From contig OX597816.1 in NCBI GenBank assembly GCA_951406725.2, positions 172,112,001-172,176,000 on the forward strand: a DNA stretch of 64,000 bases. The letters are read 5' to 3'. The stretch comes from Octopus vulgaris (Eukaryota). How positions within the stretch are numbered: the stretch's first letter is position 1; every line of letters starts with the position of its first letter. Below the pieces are notes generated by a model. The model was not told the origin of the DNA and ran no database searches. It saw nothing but the letters and a program-made list of their open reading frames with translations. A program made the position numbers and the translations under genes. Below, one piece after another: positions 13,036 to 26,059 of this stretch.

Positions 13036-13834
13036 GCTACTTTGCTTACCAGAGTAAGCACATAAATGCGAAACAAGGTAGAAGAAATAGTACTCAAATA
13101 CCAGAGTAATATGCTGCCTATATATACACTTATATAAATATATATATACTTTTTTACTCTAGGCACAAGACCCGAAATTTGGGTGGGCAGTCAATTAGAT
13201 CGACCACAGTATGCAACTGGTACTTAAATTATCGACTCCTCCCCCACGAAAGGATGAAAGGCAAAGTCAACCTCGGCGGAATTTGAACTCAGGCAGAAAC
13301 ATGTCCATGACTGTTCTCTTATCTCCTTATCTTTAAAAGCATGTGAAGTGAACTTTGGAGAATTCTTGATTCTTGAGATCGTCTCTGCTTCTCATATGAG
13401 GCTGGTTTCAGCTGTTATTTGTTAACCGTGATACATCCTCAGGAGGCGAAGATTATTTTAATAAACCAACAATTTGTTGTATGGTGTTTGATATGCTTGC
13501 ATTTGTATATATTGTTCATATACATCTCTCTGGCTACTTTAAGTTATCTATCTTAACTCGTTTTGTTTTATGTATACACAAACACACACACATACACACA
13601 CAATATGTTACAAGCCAATAAATGAGATTTTATATGGTTGCTCAACTAGAAATAGAAACCAAGTCTCCCTCAAAAACACACTATATTGTATTTATAAACA
13701 AAAATAAGGTGCACATTGGATACTGTAGCCTGAGATAACCTATGACTAGAAAGAGAAGATTGTCCCTGCTACTTAGCCTTCTATTAGAGGTCTGCTATTT
13801 AATCAGGGCATTCATTGAAATAATATAGACTTAC

Positions 13835-13983
13835 TACTGCTGCGTGGTTCTGACATATAGTCAGGATGAAGGTACTGCACTCTGAAAGTGTTGTCTAGAG
13901 TTTGACCTGGCAATAAACTTTGCTCTTGGGTGGAAAGAGGAAATGGTGCTGTTGGTTCCCATAACAACAAGTCATTACTGATT
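13835..13983 (-). CDS. ATG2: ATG2 coding exon: (R)ISNDLLLWEPTAPFP...
   Basis: Conserved NDLLLWEPTAP motif; ttttgcag acceptor, gtaagt donor; phase 2/1. Confidence 0.93.
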
Positions 13984-14662
13984 CTGCAAAATACAAAAAC
14001 AGAAACATGGAAAATTGAAACATCATTTAGACATTGTATACACAAACATACAAAGAGAATGAGAATTTAGCACTTCTTTCTCTCTCTCTTCTTTCTATGA
14101 ATAAATACATATATATTCTCTCACTCTCTGATTGTCATTTCATGTGTGTATATGAGCATGTGTGTATACACACACACACACGTACATGCACAAAATATCA
14201 TTATTCATATTTATTTTCTCCACTGAAATACTATCAAAGCATCTAATGCGCTTTTCCTCAAATTGGTGTTTATAAAATCTTTTAGAAATATGTTTCAGTC
14301 AACCTTATTTAAAGTACAAATATGCTCATCACATCTGGAATATATCCTCACCTTCACCCATATACTTCCTTGAACGTAATCCTCACTATGTAACTAGATA
14401 GTCAGCTCTAGAAAGATTGTACTGTCTTATTATCAACAAACCAAACAATATTTTAAATATCTAACACAATCCCGGTAATCCTTTAAACACTGTTTAAGTC
14501 TACTGACTTTACTGGTGAGAAAATATAAGTTGTAAGTTCATACTTTTTTTATGGGGTATTAATAATGTAAATAAAATTGAATACAAATAACTTGTAATTA
14601 AAACTATATCAGATTTAATTTCATTTTCGTGGCACTTAATATTGAGTACACACACAATTCTC

Positions 14663-15420
14663 TTCAACCTGTCTTGAATTTCTCTGTTATTGCCTGGAGG
14701 ACTATGATGAATAAAAGGGCTGATCCTTGGTGGAACCCTACTTCTACCTGGAATTCTTCATTATACTCATTGCCAATCCTAACCTTACTAACAGCCTCTC
14801 TGTACAGGACCTGTACAGCCCTTATTAACCATTCATCAATCCCCAGGTTCCGCATCGCTCACCAGATAAGGGACTGGGGGACCTTGTCAAAGGCTTTCTC
14901 CAAGTCCACAAAAGCTAAGTATAGGGATATCTATATATAGATGTATATATATATTCTTTCCAGTAGATGACCCTGCTTAATATGTAGAAAATGCATAAGT
15001 AGAAACTCCATAAGATGTACCTGGTGTAAGCTTTGGATACATAAGAGGTGCAGCAATATTAAAGGAAGGTTAACTGGGAAGATAGTTTTTGTGCTTGAGA
15101 GATGTGTAGGTGCAATAAGCACAAGAAATGTAGAGAAAATAGACTCCATTAAATACAGTGGGGGAGGATACCCAGAAGTAGTTGATAGCTTCTGTTATCT
15201 AGGTGACCGAGTCAGAAGCAGAGGTGGATGCTCCAAGAGTGTAGCTGTTAGAACAAGAATAGGCTGGGCAAAGTTCAGAGAGCTTCTACCTTTTTTTTGG
15301 TAACTAAGGGCCTCTCCCTCAGAGTGAAAGGCAGATTGTATGGTGCCTGTGTGTGAGCAGCCATGGTACATGGCAGTGAAACATGGGCTGTGATTGCTGA
15401 GGACATGCATAGGCTTGACG
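14663..15420. mobile_element. Rearranged RTE LINE RT fragments (14663-14925 minus; ~14985-15420 plus)
   Basis: FVDLEKAFDKVP and VGFHQGS on the minus strand; VDSFCYLGD and RIGWAKFREL on the plus strand. Confidence 0.8.
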
Positions 15421-15499
15421 GATGATTGCCATCTCTCTCAGCTTCCCCATTGTAAGTGGCATTTCATCCATGACCTTTCAATTGCAAATCTGCATGATT

Positions 15500-15990
15500 T
15501 TGAAGCAGAAGTGACAAACAAAAGTCATAACTTCCAATGGATTCTTTGGATCACTCTGTGAAATATGATCCTAATGAACTACCATAAGTCTATTCAGGCA
15601 TGAAACTGACTTGCAAGCCCTTTCAATCACTACACATGTCGAATCACCTGGTCAAGAAGAAAGACACTGCGTACAGTTGATCTTTCATGGGACTTCAGAT
15701 GGTTGACATACGCAGCCTTGGAAAGGAGTACACAGCCACTGTGTCTCACAACACCAGCATTTTATGTTTTCCTTGAGCTTCCAATTAAAGCCACTCTGAA
15801 GTCAATGCTTTAAGCCTTCATGCTCAGGGTGAACCACTTCAAAGATTTTGAAACCTTCTCTAAATGCTTCCTCCACTCAGCCCTTTCCAAAGCTAGTTCT
15901 TCTCACTATTTTACATTGATCTGCAGTTCTTTTAGATTGCCTTTTAGGCAGTCTTTGTACTGCTTTTGTTGTTTGAGCTGAGGACATACA
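15500..15990 (-). mobile_element. Old RTE/BovB-like LINE 3' fragment
   Basis: KQYKDCLK.NLK...ELALERAEWR motif. Confidence 0.55.
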
Positions 15991-16037
15991 TGCATACAAA
16001 CAAACTAACACACACACACACACATACATATATGTAT

Positions 16038-16250
16038 CTCTCTTTTACTTGTTTCAGTCATTTGACTGAGGCCATGCTGGAGCACCGCCTTTAATCGAGC
16101 AACTCGACCCAGGACTTATTCTTTTGTAAGCCCAGTACTTATTCTATCAGTCTCTTTTGCTGAACTGCTAAGTAACGGGGACATAAACACACCAGCATCA
16201 GTTGTCAAGCAATGCTAGGGGGGCAAACACAGACACACAAACACACACAA

Positions 16251-16289
<39 letters not shown>

Positions 16290-16454
16290 TACAACGGGCT
16301 TCTTTCAGTTTCCGTCTACCAAATCCACTCACAAGGCTTTGGTCGGCCCGAGGCTATAGTAGAAGACACTTGCCAAAGGTGCCACGCAGTGGGACTGAAC
16401 CTAGAACCATGTGGTTGGTAAACAAGCTACTTACCACACAGCCACTCCTGCGCC
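16038..16454 (-). mobile_element. SINE family A
   Basis: Collinear match. Confidence 0.9.
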
Positions 16455-16552
16455 TTATGTATGTATATATATATGTATGTATGTATTTAGCTAAAAGTAG
16501 AAAGAAATTATTATATACATACGAGTGAAAATTTGGAATGAAAAATACCAAC

Positions 16553-16695
16553 CTGTTATATAAAAGTTCATAAAACTGCTTATCTGGGAAAGTGACATTT
16601 CCACTGGGAACAGTTATTTCAAAGAGTAAGCAAGAATTTGCAGATGTTTTATCTTGGAATTCTTTTAATTCTTCCTTGTCACCAGGTAATATAAG
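16553..16695 (-). CDS. ATG2: ATG2 coding exon: LILPGDKEELKEFQDKTSANS...PDKQFYELLYN(R)
   Basis: Resembles recalled ATG2B PGD..EM.EFQDK...FYEKLYNR; phase 0/2; AG/GT borders. Confidence 0.93.
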
Positions 16696-17120
16696 CTACA
16701 GGGTAAAATGAAAACGAATCATTTCAAATACAACATAACAGATCTTTGAAAAACAACAGATAGTATAACATAATGACATGGGTGATAAAGCTCAGAATTT
16801 CAGGGACAGAAAAATAGATTGACATAACTCATAATGAGAATTTCATATAATTTATTTAATGGAATACTAGAACTCTTCTTCCCTGAAAGACAAGCAAGTA
16901 GGTCTGTTTCTGTCTCTGTTTCTTTAACTGTCTGAACAGTCAGACAGCTAGATATATAGATATATCACCCTATCTTTATGTATGGGTGTTGGTAAGTATA
17001 TGCCAATGTAAATGAGTGTAAATATCTAAGTTAAATCTAAGTAAATTCTGAGGCATTCAATGATCATCTGACACTGATTCCTTCCAAAATGTGAAACTTA
17101 AAAGTTTAAAAGTAACACAA

Positions 17121-17505
17121 TGGAAGCACTCCGTCGGTTACGACGACGAGGGTTCCGACTGATCCGATCAACGGAACAGCATGCTCGTGAAATTAACGTG
17201 TGAGTGGCTGAGCACTCCACAGACACGTGTACCCTTAACGTAGTTCTCGGGGATATTCAGCGTGACACAAGAGAGTGACAAGGCCAGCCCCTTGAAATAC
17301 AGGTACAACAGAAACAGGAAGTAAGAGTGAGAGAAAGTTGTGGTGAAAGAGTACAGCAGGGATCACCACCATCCCCTGCCGGAGCCTCGTGGAGCTTTTA
17401 GGTGTTTTCGCTCAATAAACACTCACAACGCCCGGTCTGGGAATCGAAACAGTGATCCTACGACCGCGAGTCCGCTGCCCTAACCACTGGGCCATTGCGC
17501 CTCCT
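17121..17505 (-). mobile_element. tRNA-derived SINE family C (young, CpG-rich)
   Basis: A box tggcccagtgg, B-box-like gtttcgattc; 13-bp TSD aaagtaacacaat (17109-17121, 17506-17518). Confidence 0.88.
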
Positions 17506-17639
17506 AAAGTAACACAATATTGTTTGTTTGAATGTCCCGGTATTGCTTAGAGGCTAGTGAAAGACAGTTTTGGTTGATATTACAGTACTAAGTTATTCAA
17601 CAAATATAGTTCTTTACAACTTCATAACAAAAAAATTTA

Positions 17640-18083
17640 CCCTTTAGCTTTCAGATTATTCTGTCAAATGAAATGCTTATTTATTCACATCACTATAAAT
17701 TCATCATGCATTATCTCGTAGCATCCAGATTTCAATGATGTGATTGTATATTTCTAGAATGATACTGTAGAATACACATCAGAGGCTGGATCTGGCCAGT
17801 TTGAACTTAACCCTTTCGTTACCAACCTGGCTGAAACCGGCTGTGGATCTGTAGTACAAATGTCTTGTTTTCATGAGTTTTGAATTAAAATCTTCCACCA
17901 AACCTTAGTCACAATTTATGTTCCTAACACTAGCTGAATGATAACTAAGTTATTTTACTAAATTCTTTGTTATATTTAACATAATTGAAAGAAACACAGA
18001 GCATCTCAAAATAAATAGAGTAATGAAAGGGTTAAAACAGGTAGAATATTTGAGTCAGCTATAGCTGGTTTAAATGCAAAAGA
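17640..18083. mobile_element. piggyBac-like MITE family 2 with a nested family 1 copy (17811-18031)
   Basis: Inner element bounded by TTAA duplication; the outer halves match 23869-24087. Confidence 0.8.
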
Positions 18084-18344
18084 GTTAAAATGAAATTAAT
18101 TATAAAATTTGTTGATTTTTTTTAAAAACTATTTTATATGTATTTTCAAAATTAGTATATTAGGATGGCTTTTGCTGAAACAATTATATTTAAGGTTAGT
18201 GCTCAGTCCACCAACTAACCATTCAACCATGAAGAAAGATTAGAAATTTACTTCACAGTCAGTGAAGTAAATTAAAGGGAATAATGTTGTGTACATTGTC
18301 CAAGGAGACAAGTGCTTAGTAGGAAAGACTTGAATGATTAACAC

Positions 18345-18728
18345 TTTCTCTTATTTGTTTCTGTCATTTGACTCGAGCCATGCTGGAGCACTGCCTTGAA
18401 GAGTTTTTTAGTTGAACAAATCGACTTCAGGACTTATTTTTTAAGCTTAGTACTCATTCTATCAGTCTCTTTAGCCGAACCACTAAGTTGCAAATTGTTA
18501 AGGATGTAAATACACCAACACCAGTTGTCAAGCGATGGTGGGAGACAAACACACACACACACACATATGACGGGCTTCTTTCAGTTTCCATCTACCAAAT
18601 CCACTCACAAGGCCTTGGTTGGCCTGAGGCTAGAGTCGAAGACACTTGCCCAAGGTGCTACACAGAGGGACTGGACCTGGAACCATGTGGTTAGGAAACA
18701 TGCTTCTTGCCACACAGTCGTGCCTGCA
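18345..18728 (-). mobile_element. SINE family A (diverged)
   Basis: Collinear match. Confidence 0.85.
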
Positions 18729-19279
18729 CTGTGTAACAACATCTTAATTTGTTTTTGTCTTTGATCAATAAGTGTTCCTTTCCTATTTGCTTCTATCTAG
18801 GGATCAAAAGAAATGACAATTATTCCCCTTCAAACTTTGCTTTTGTGACCAGGACATCAATGCTTTGAAACTGGCTCATTTTCCATTACGTTGCAGACAA
18901 ATTCAGAACTGAGTTACTGAGGCCATAGATTTGCTTCTAAGTTGCTTGACCTTAACCACTTAAGTATGTCTCTTAGATGCTGGCTATATGTGCTTCTCTG
19001 ACCATGAGCATCATAACAAGCTGTTGAGAGGGGTTCTTTAGGATTTGAATAAATGTAAGAAAAGCAAAGTTTGAAAAAAATATTAGGACCATTTTTTACA
19101 CTGTCCAGGGGTAAGCAAATAGGAAATATCAGTTGCTACCCAAGGACAAAAATCATGTTGCTCATTGTAATTAGGTGACCAACAGTGCAGCCACCTAATC
19201 TCATCTAAACAGTACATTCTCTTCTCCTGAAATGTTCCAGAAAAATAACCAAAGTGAAAAAAAAAAAGCTTATTTCTAC

Positions 19280-19481
19280 CTCTTCACTGACATTTTTCAC
19301 TTCACTTTTGTCAGAAACTTCCTCTTTATGATACATGAACTTCTTTGTAGAGAATGGTGATGGTTCCGGCTTCTTAAACTGACAAGCTCCATTTAAAGAG
19401 TCAAAGTTTGTGCTTTCATCTGACTCGTTGTTTTCTTCTTCTAAAAGTGAGTTAAGTTCTTGTGTCTGGGTGATAACCATT
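19280..19481 (-). CDS. ATG2: ATG2 coding exon: (R)MVITQT...PEPSPFSTKKFMYHKEE...VSEE
   Basis: PSPFS motif; ttttctcag acceptor, gtagaa donor; phase 2/0 (donor position less certain). Confidence 0.87.
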
Positions 19482-20164
19482 CTGAGAAAAAATGAATAAA
19501 CAAACAATTAAATAAATGAATAACAGTTTTACATTACATAAGACATTAGTTACAGAAACAGACAACCGTCCTATCAGTGGGCCTACTTGTATTTCTCACC
19601 TGAAATAGATAATTATGTCTAATGACACTGTTTTTATAGCTAAGCATTCTTTTACAGCAAAGCAATTTTACAGGCTTGGTCTAGTTTTCTAAAGTTCAAC
19701 ACACTGCTCAAACAACAATTGGAAACATGAAATCATCATCATCATCATCGTTTAACGTCCGCTTTCCATGCTGGCATGGGTTGGACGGTTCAACAGGGGT
19801 CTGGGAAGCCAAAAGGCTGCACCAAGCCCAGTCTGATCTGGCAGTGTTTCTACAGATGGATGCCCTTCCTAATGCCAACCACTCCGTGAGTGTAGTGGTT
19901 GCTTTTTACATGCCACCGGCACAGGTGCCAGACGAGGCTGGCAAACGGCCACGATTGAATTTTCCCTTTTTACGTGCCACTGGCACGGGGACCAGACGAA
20001 GCTGGCTATGGCCACGGTTGGGTGGTGCTTTTTACATGCCACTGGCACTAAAAAATAAACATAACTAAAGAAAAAAAACAACTGCAATGAAGATAATGGA
20101 AAGAGTTATTGCTACAACTTATCAATAAACTGATTTAATACCCATTTTCAGATATCCATCTTAC

Positions 20165-20480
20165 AGTGAAGGGTGCATAGCTCAGTGGTTAGAGCACCAG
20201 TCTCGCAATCATGAGGTTGATTCCTGGACTGGGCTGTGTGTTGTGTTCTTGATCAAGACACTTTATTTCATGTTACTCCAGTTTACTCAGCTATAGAAAT
20301 GAGTTACAACGTCACTGGTACCTTTACCTTGGCTAACATCGGTGGCATGGAGAGGTGAGGCTGGTATGCATGGGTGACTAATACTCTTCCATAAACAATC
20401 TTGCCCAGACTTGTGCCTAGAAGGGGAACTAAGTGCAATCCCATGGTCATTCATAACCAAAGAGGATCTTTACCCTTTAC
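20165..20480 (+). mobile_element. SINE family D (B-box region deleted)
   Basis: Collinear with the reverse complement of 6765-7100. Confidence 0.8.
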
Positions 20481-20714
20481 AGTTTAGACTCAGATGAAAC
20501 AAGACACAACCAACAGCATTGCAGCTGTGACCATTCTGTTATACAATATGATCTAACGTCCTGTATTTATTTTATTAAGATGACAGAATCAGTTGAGCAG
20601 CCTTCGAAAGGCTTCGCCATTAGTCTATTTAACATCTATTTCACTAGTATTAAATACATTTTTTTTATCAAGGCATCATCCAGACAGGCTGATTGCCCGG
20701 GCCAGCCTGACTAC

Positions 20715-23340
20715 CTCTCACCATCCCTACCGATCCTCCATTAGTATTTTCAACATCCAACATGTGCAAGCTTTTGTACGTACGTCTTCCATGGTCTTCC
20801 AGCCACTGTGGTACCATGATGTGGTGTCCACAGCAACACATTACTCACAAGTTCTTCTTTACTTCTCCAGCAGTGGCCAGCAAACCTGAACCTCCGCTGT
20901 TGGACAGTTGATGAGAGAGTTGGTACATTCCTGTATAACCATTGTTTTGTTGGGCGCTCCCTCCAAGAGATGTTGAGCACCATCCAGCATGCACCTGAGT
21001 CTCTTGGTGAGAGTCCAAGTTGGAGGTTCATATACAAGCACAGATTCAACAACTGCTCTGAAGAACTGTCTCTTCAATTTATCTGGCAGGGTTGACTTCC
21101 TTGCCACCGATGTTAGCCAAGGTAAAGGCACCATTTCTACAGCTGAGTAAACTGGAGTAACATGAAATAAAGCGTCTTGATCAAGAACACAACACACAAC
21201 CCAGTCCAGGAATCAACCTCATGAATGCGAGACTGGTGCTCTAACCACTGAGCTATGCACCCTTCACTGTAAGATTGTCTATAGCTACTAGAGCCTTAGC
21301 AACCTGAGATGTAATATCTTTTCCAGGAGACATGATATTGCTACCTAGGTAAGTAAACTTGTTGACATTTCTCAAGGGCCTCTGTTTGATGGTTCTGATT
21401 TCACTTGTTGCGTTCAGGGTGATGAATTGTCTTCTTTTCATTCACTTGTAGTCCTATATTAGCAGCAACATTTTCCAGGAGATGGAGTAAATGTTCAGCA
21501 TCTTTTGTATTGTCAGTGAAGGGCACTATGTCATCATAGTAGCTGACCAGATATCTTCTGCTTCTAGACTTCTGTAAATTGAAACCCAAATCATTGTGTT
21601 AATCTATTGAGGTACGCAATACATAATCAAGACACAGGATGAACAAGTAAGGAGCTAGTGTGTCACCCTGCAGTACTCCTGCACAAACATCGAAGAAGTC
21701 AGTACCTCCATCTTGTGACTGCACTTTCGCTCGGGTGTTTTTATGTGGAAGCACTCCGTCGGTTACGACGACGAGGGTTCCGGTTGATCCGATCAACGGA
21801 ACAGCCTGCTCGTGAAATTAACGTGTAAGTGGCTGAGCACTCAACAGACACATGTACCCTTAACGTAGTTCTCGGGGATATTCAACATGACACAGAGAGT
21901 GACAAGGCCGGCCCTTTGAAATACAGGTACAACAGAAACAGGAAGTAAGAGTGAGAGAAAGTTGTGGTGAAAGAGTACAGCAGGGATCACCACCATCCCC
22001 TGCCGGAGCCTCGTGGAGCTTTAGGTGTTTTCGCTCAATAAACACTCACAACGCCCGGTCTGGGAATCGAAACCGCGATCCTACGACCGCAAGTCCGCTG
22101 CCCTAACCACTGGGCCATTGCGCCTCCATTGGCTTTGAATGCATTTTTGCTGTTCTGTCTGATATAATACATTCAGTTCCTTCTGTGCCTTCATTTTTCT
22201 ATTTGAGTTTCTTCTCATAGGGTTCCTGTTGTGCTGTTTGGTCATTTGCTTTATGTTAATTCTTTTTGCAAGCACTGTGTCACTTTCCCAGGGAGCTCTT
22301 CATTTCACTTTTGATCTCAAAGGAATGCATTTTTCAGCAGCTTCCTAATGAGCTTGGACAAAGGTTGAGATATATTGTGTTTGGTGTGTGATCTTCATTT
22401 GCATCTTGTAATGCATGTCAGAATAGCTCAGTTGTAGGGGAGTCCTGAGGTTCCCTTTATCTTGTTTGCTCGGAGGCTTACCTGAAGCTTAGATGTTACC
22501 ACTTAGATGTATGCTTCACACTTGTGGCAGCTGTTAATCCACTTTTTGTCGATAAGATAGTCTAGCTGAGCTTTGAATCCGTTTAGGGAAATATGGGTCC
22601 ATTTCTTTCTTGATCTCTTCTGAAAATAAGTGTTCAGGCATTGAAGTTTGTTTTCTAGCAAGAAGTGCTCTAAGTGTTCACCATTTCGGTTTGAGGTTTG
22701 ATGGAATGAGTACTTATGATGGGGATTGCCATGGCCTAATTGTGCATTTATATCTCAGCCAATGATGAGGATGTTGTGTTTTGGATGTGTGTTCCTGTAC
22801 ACACAAGATATCAATATAGAATTGATAGCTGATGCAGCAAGTCCTGATATTTGAGACATAGATTTCAAAGTCCTTACATTGAAAGTTGATACTCTAACAG
22901 GATGCTTGCATCTGGCAAATATTGATTTTGGTTCTGTAGCTGACTTGTCGAATGCAGGCGCCAGAATCGGCACCCCTGGTCGTGACCCTTGGTAATCCGT
23001 GCAATGATCAATGCAGTATGAGTTTCTGGAATGATCTATAGTCATGACTAGTCTTTCAATAAGCTCAGTATAATCATCAGTGTGGGCCACATCTATTGAT
23101 GAACGCAGTATTTCTCTGACTGAATTGTTTGACCCTGGCCATTGATCTGTTTCGGATTTCTCTGCTCAGCATCTTGTGCACCTTACTGTTGATTAGGTTG
23201 ACAGTTCTTCCAACAAGGCAGGTAACCAGGTAACCATGCAGGTAACCAGAGCCCTGTTTGCCAGTTTGGGTTTCACATCAATCTGTCCACCTTGAATGAC
23301 CCTACCAGATTACCAGAGGTGATCTTCCTGCCAGAGCAGG
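20715..23340 (-). mobile_element. Degenerate RTE-type LINE (APE endonuclease + RT), internally deleted, carrying two SINE-derived inserts
   Basis: STFNVRTL (APE), GVLQGDTLAPYLF, YYDD (degenerate YADD), FTYLGS, FFRAVVESVL and RFAGHCWR motifs in order. Confidence 0.9.
21745..22128 (-). mobile_element. SINE family C inside the RTE LINE
   Basis: Near-identical to 17121-17505; no TSD. Confidence 0.88.
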
Positions 23341-23492
23341 AAACAGTTTCTTTCATTGGACAGTATAGCTTAATGAGGCAATCCCAGACTGTTGCCACCA
23401 CCACATGAACTATGACAAGGGTTTGGAATTTTTGGTAGTAATCTACCACAAATTAAATACAAAAAGTTCATAAATAAATGTAAAGTGAATAC

Positions 23493-23589
23493 CGGGGCCA
23501 ATTGAATCCATAACTATGTGCAGACTCATCTTCTGGTTCAACTGTAATGAAGTGGACTGGAGCAGATTCTGGACTTTCTTCAAGACTTC
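23493..23589 (-). CDS. ATG2: ATG2 coding exon: (G)SLEESPESAPVHFITVEPEDESAHSYGFNWP(R)
   Basis: F.WPR motif; ttttag acceptor, gtattc donor; phase 1/2. Confidence 0.9.
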
Positions 23590-23868
23590 CTAAAATAAAT
23601 CATTATGATTAATAGACAATATAAAATACATTCTGTAAAGAATTCTGTAGAAACTTTCAGGACATTCTGAAACAGAATCACTGTATGATGTACCAACAAA
23701 AGAACTATGTACCACAAGCTAGAGTGAAATGAAGTAGTTACAAACAAGAATAAAAGTTAATGAATGGAAAAAAAAAACCAAGACCTTTAATAACTGATAC
23801 TTTTTCTCAAGTACTTTCCTCATATTTTTAATATATTAAGTTATTTAGTTCTGATATTTACTATTTAA

Positions 23869-24087
23869 CCCTTTAGTGTTCAGATTATTCTATCAAACAT
23901 AAGGCTTATTGATTCACATTGATTTGAATTAATCATGCATTATCTCATATCGTCACCATCTTGATGATGTAATTACTTAATGTAGAATAACATTTTAGGG
24001 TAGGTGTGAGGGCCTGGATCTGGTCAGTTTGAACGTAAGGCAGATTAAGTATTTTGGCCGGATATGGCCGGTTTAAATACTAAAGGG
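23869..24087. mobile_element. piggyBac-like MITE family 2
   Basis: TTAA|CCCTTTAGT...ACTAAAGGG|TTAA. Confidence 0.82.
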
Positions 24088-25094
24088 TTAAACATCAACA
24101 GAACAGGGTAGCTATTTTCTAAGACAAAATCATACATATTGCATTTTCCTAAATGAGTGCCACTGCCCTTAAATTTTAAAACTCTACCAAAGGGAGAAAT
24201 AATGAAGCTGCTTAAACAAGCATTATTAACAAAAACATTCCTATGAACCATTGTTACAATTTTGAAATCTCATTCTTTTTTTTAAATGCCAAGTTTAGAG
24301 GAAAGGGCAGCGGCCATGACCTTTGCTAGCCCTCCAAGATTGGTGAGATTTATCATCATCGTTTAACATCTACCTTCCTTGCTGGCATGAGTCGTACATT
24401 TTGACAGGAGCTGGTCAGGCAGAAGACTGCACCAGACTTCCGTGTCTGTTTTGGCAAGATTTTTATGGCTAGATACCCTTCCTATCACCAACCACCCATC
24501 AGACTGGACTAAGTGCTTTTTACAAGGCACAAGCACAGGTGAGGTCAGTTTTGGCATGGTTTTTACAGCTGATTGTTCTTCCAAATGCCAACCACTTTAC
24601 AGAGTGGACTGGAATGATGTCATTAATGTTCCTCTTGAACATTTGAAAGTCAACTCTTGCAGGGAAAATATGAGTAGAGAGGGGATATCAGAAGGATGGA
24701 GAAAAAATAGCTGGACAGAGTGATTCGTGCTGGGTTTCAGGTTTAGAGACAACAAGGAAGATGGAAAAAAACAAAAGAGAGCAGTGACATGAGAGTGGAT
24801 GTGTAGAGGTGGCATGAGCCCAGCCATCTTTGAGGAGTGGAAGCTATTATAGTGGCAGTAAAAAAAGGCAGAGAGTGGGGACAGTACTCTTGTGGTCCAA
24901 AGGCAGGAGTGAGTTTGTAAGTGATTTTATGCCAATAAATTGAGTGACCCCTTTTGGAATGCAATTTAGGATGTCTGCATGTAGGGGTAACACAGTTCCA
25001 GTAGTGAGAGCTATACACTATTGAGAGATTTTCTTAAGCTTGGTAAAGTATCAATAACTGTTAGGTGCTGAAATATCTTCTGGCCTTGAAAAGA

Positions 25095-25513
25095 AGGACC
25101 AGTTATTGTAATATACTCTTTACTCTTTTACTCTTTTCAGTCATTTGTTTGCAGTCATGCTGGACTGCGGCCATGCAGTCGAGCAAATCGACCCCGGAAC
25201 TTATTCTTTGTAAGCCCAGTAATTATTCTATCGGTCTCTTTTTGCCGAACCGCTAAGTGACGGGGACGTAAACACACCAGCATTGGTTGTCAAGCAATGC
25301 TAGGGGGACAAACTCAGACACACAAACACACACACATATATATATACATATATACGACAGGCTTCTTTCAGTTTCCGTCTACCAAATCCACTCACAAGGC
25401 ATTGGTTGGCCTGGGGCTATAGCAGAAGACACTTGCCCAAGATGCCATGCAGTGGGACTGAACCCGGAACCATGTGGTTGGTTAGCAAGCTACTTACCAC
25501 ACAGCCACTCCTG
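25095..25513 (-). mobile_element. SINE family A
   Basis: Collinear match with a small rearrangement near the tail. Confidence 0.9.
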
Positions 25514-25791
25514 ATATTAGTTATGTTAAAGATGTGCTTTCATCAGGATATAGTTACTTCTGGTTAATGTTGCATGACAAAGGCAATTGAAGGTGAGGTG
25601 TACAGCTGTCAAGTTAATAGGCTGAATGGTTGTTTGTAGGAAAGGCATTTAGCTACAGAAAAATGAAACTAGCAATCCAATATGGAAAGGTCTAAAATCA
25701 TCCTATCTAAACAAATATAGTGACAAGGCAAATAAGTATAGAAAAGAAAATTTAAAAACAATGGATTAAAAGTGACATTAACAATACTTAC

Positions 25792-25964
25792 CATTCAAAG
25801 AATGGCATTTCAATTCATATATTTTCCTGCTGTCATTTGAATTTAAGATAGTGTGGAATGATGCACCATTTAGCTTCAACACAAGTACCTCTTGGCGTAA
25901 ATTCCGTTTCCACCAAGGTAAACGATCTACCTGTGGTTCACTGCGTAAGTCAGGAATAGGGAAT
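25792..25964 (-). CDS. ATG2: ATG2 coding exon: (R)FPIPDLRSEPQVDRLPWWKRNLRQEVLVL...
   Basis: Diagnostic RFPIPDLR...PW.K..L..E.L motif; cttgcag acceptor, gtaagt donor; phase 2/1. Confidence 0.95.
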
Positions 25965-26059
25965 CTGCAAGAATAACGGTCAACACTAGCAAAGATTAAT
26001 TTCCTACTTTATATTTATGTTTGTGTGTGTCTGTCTGTTTGTCTTTCTTTATTTTTTAT

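Noticed and set aside
17420-17504. tRNA-like sequences at SINE heads
   Set aside because: A/B boxes only, fused to SINE bodies with TSDs; no complete cloverleaf verified
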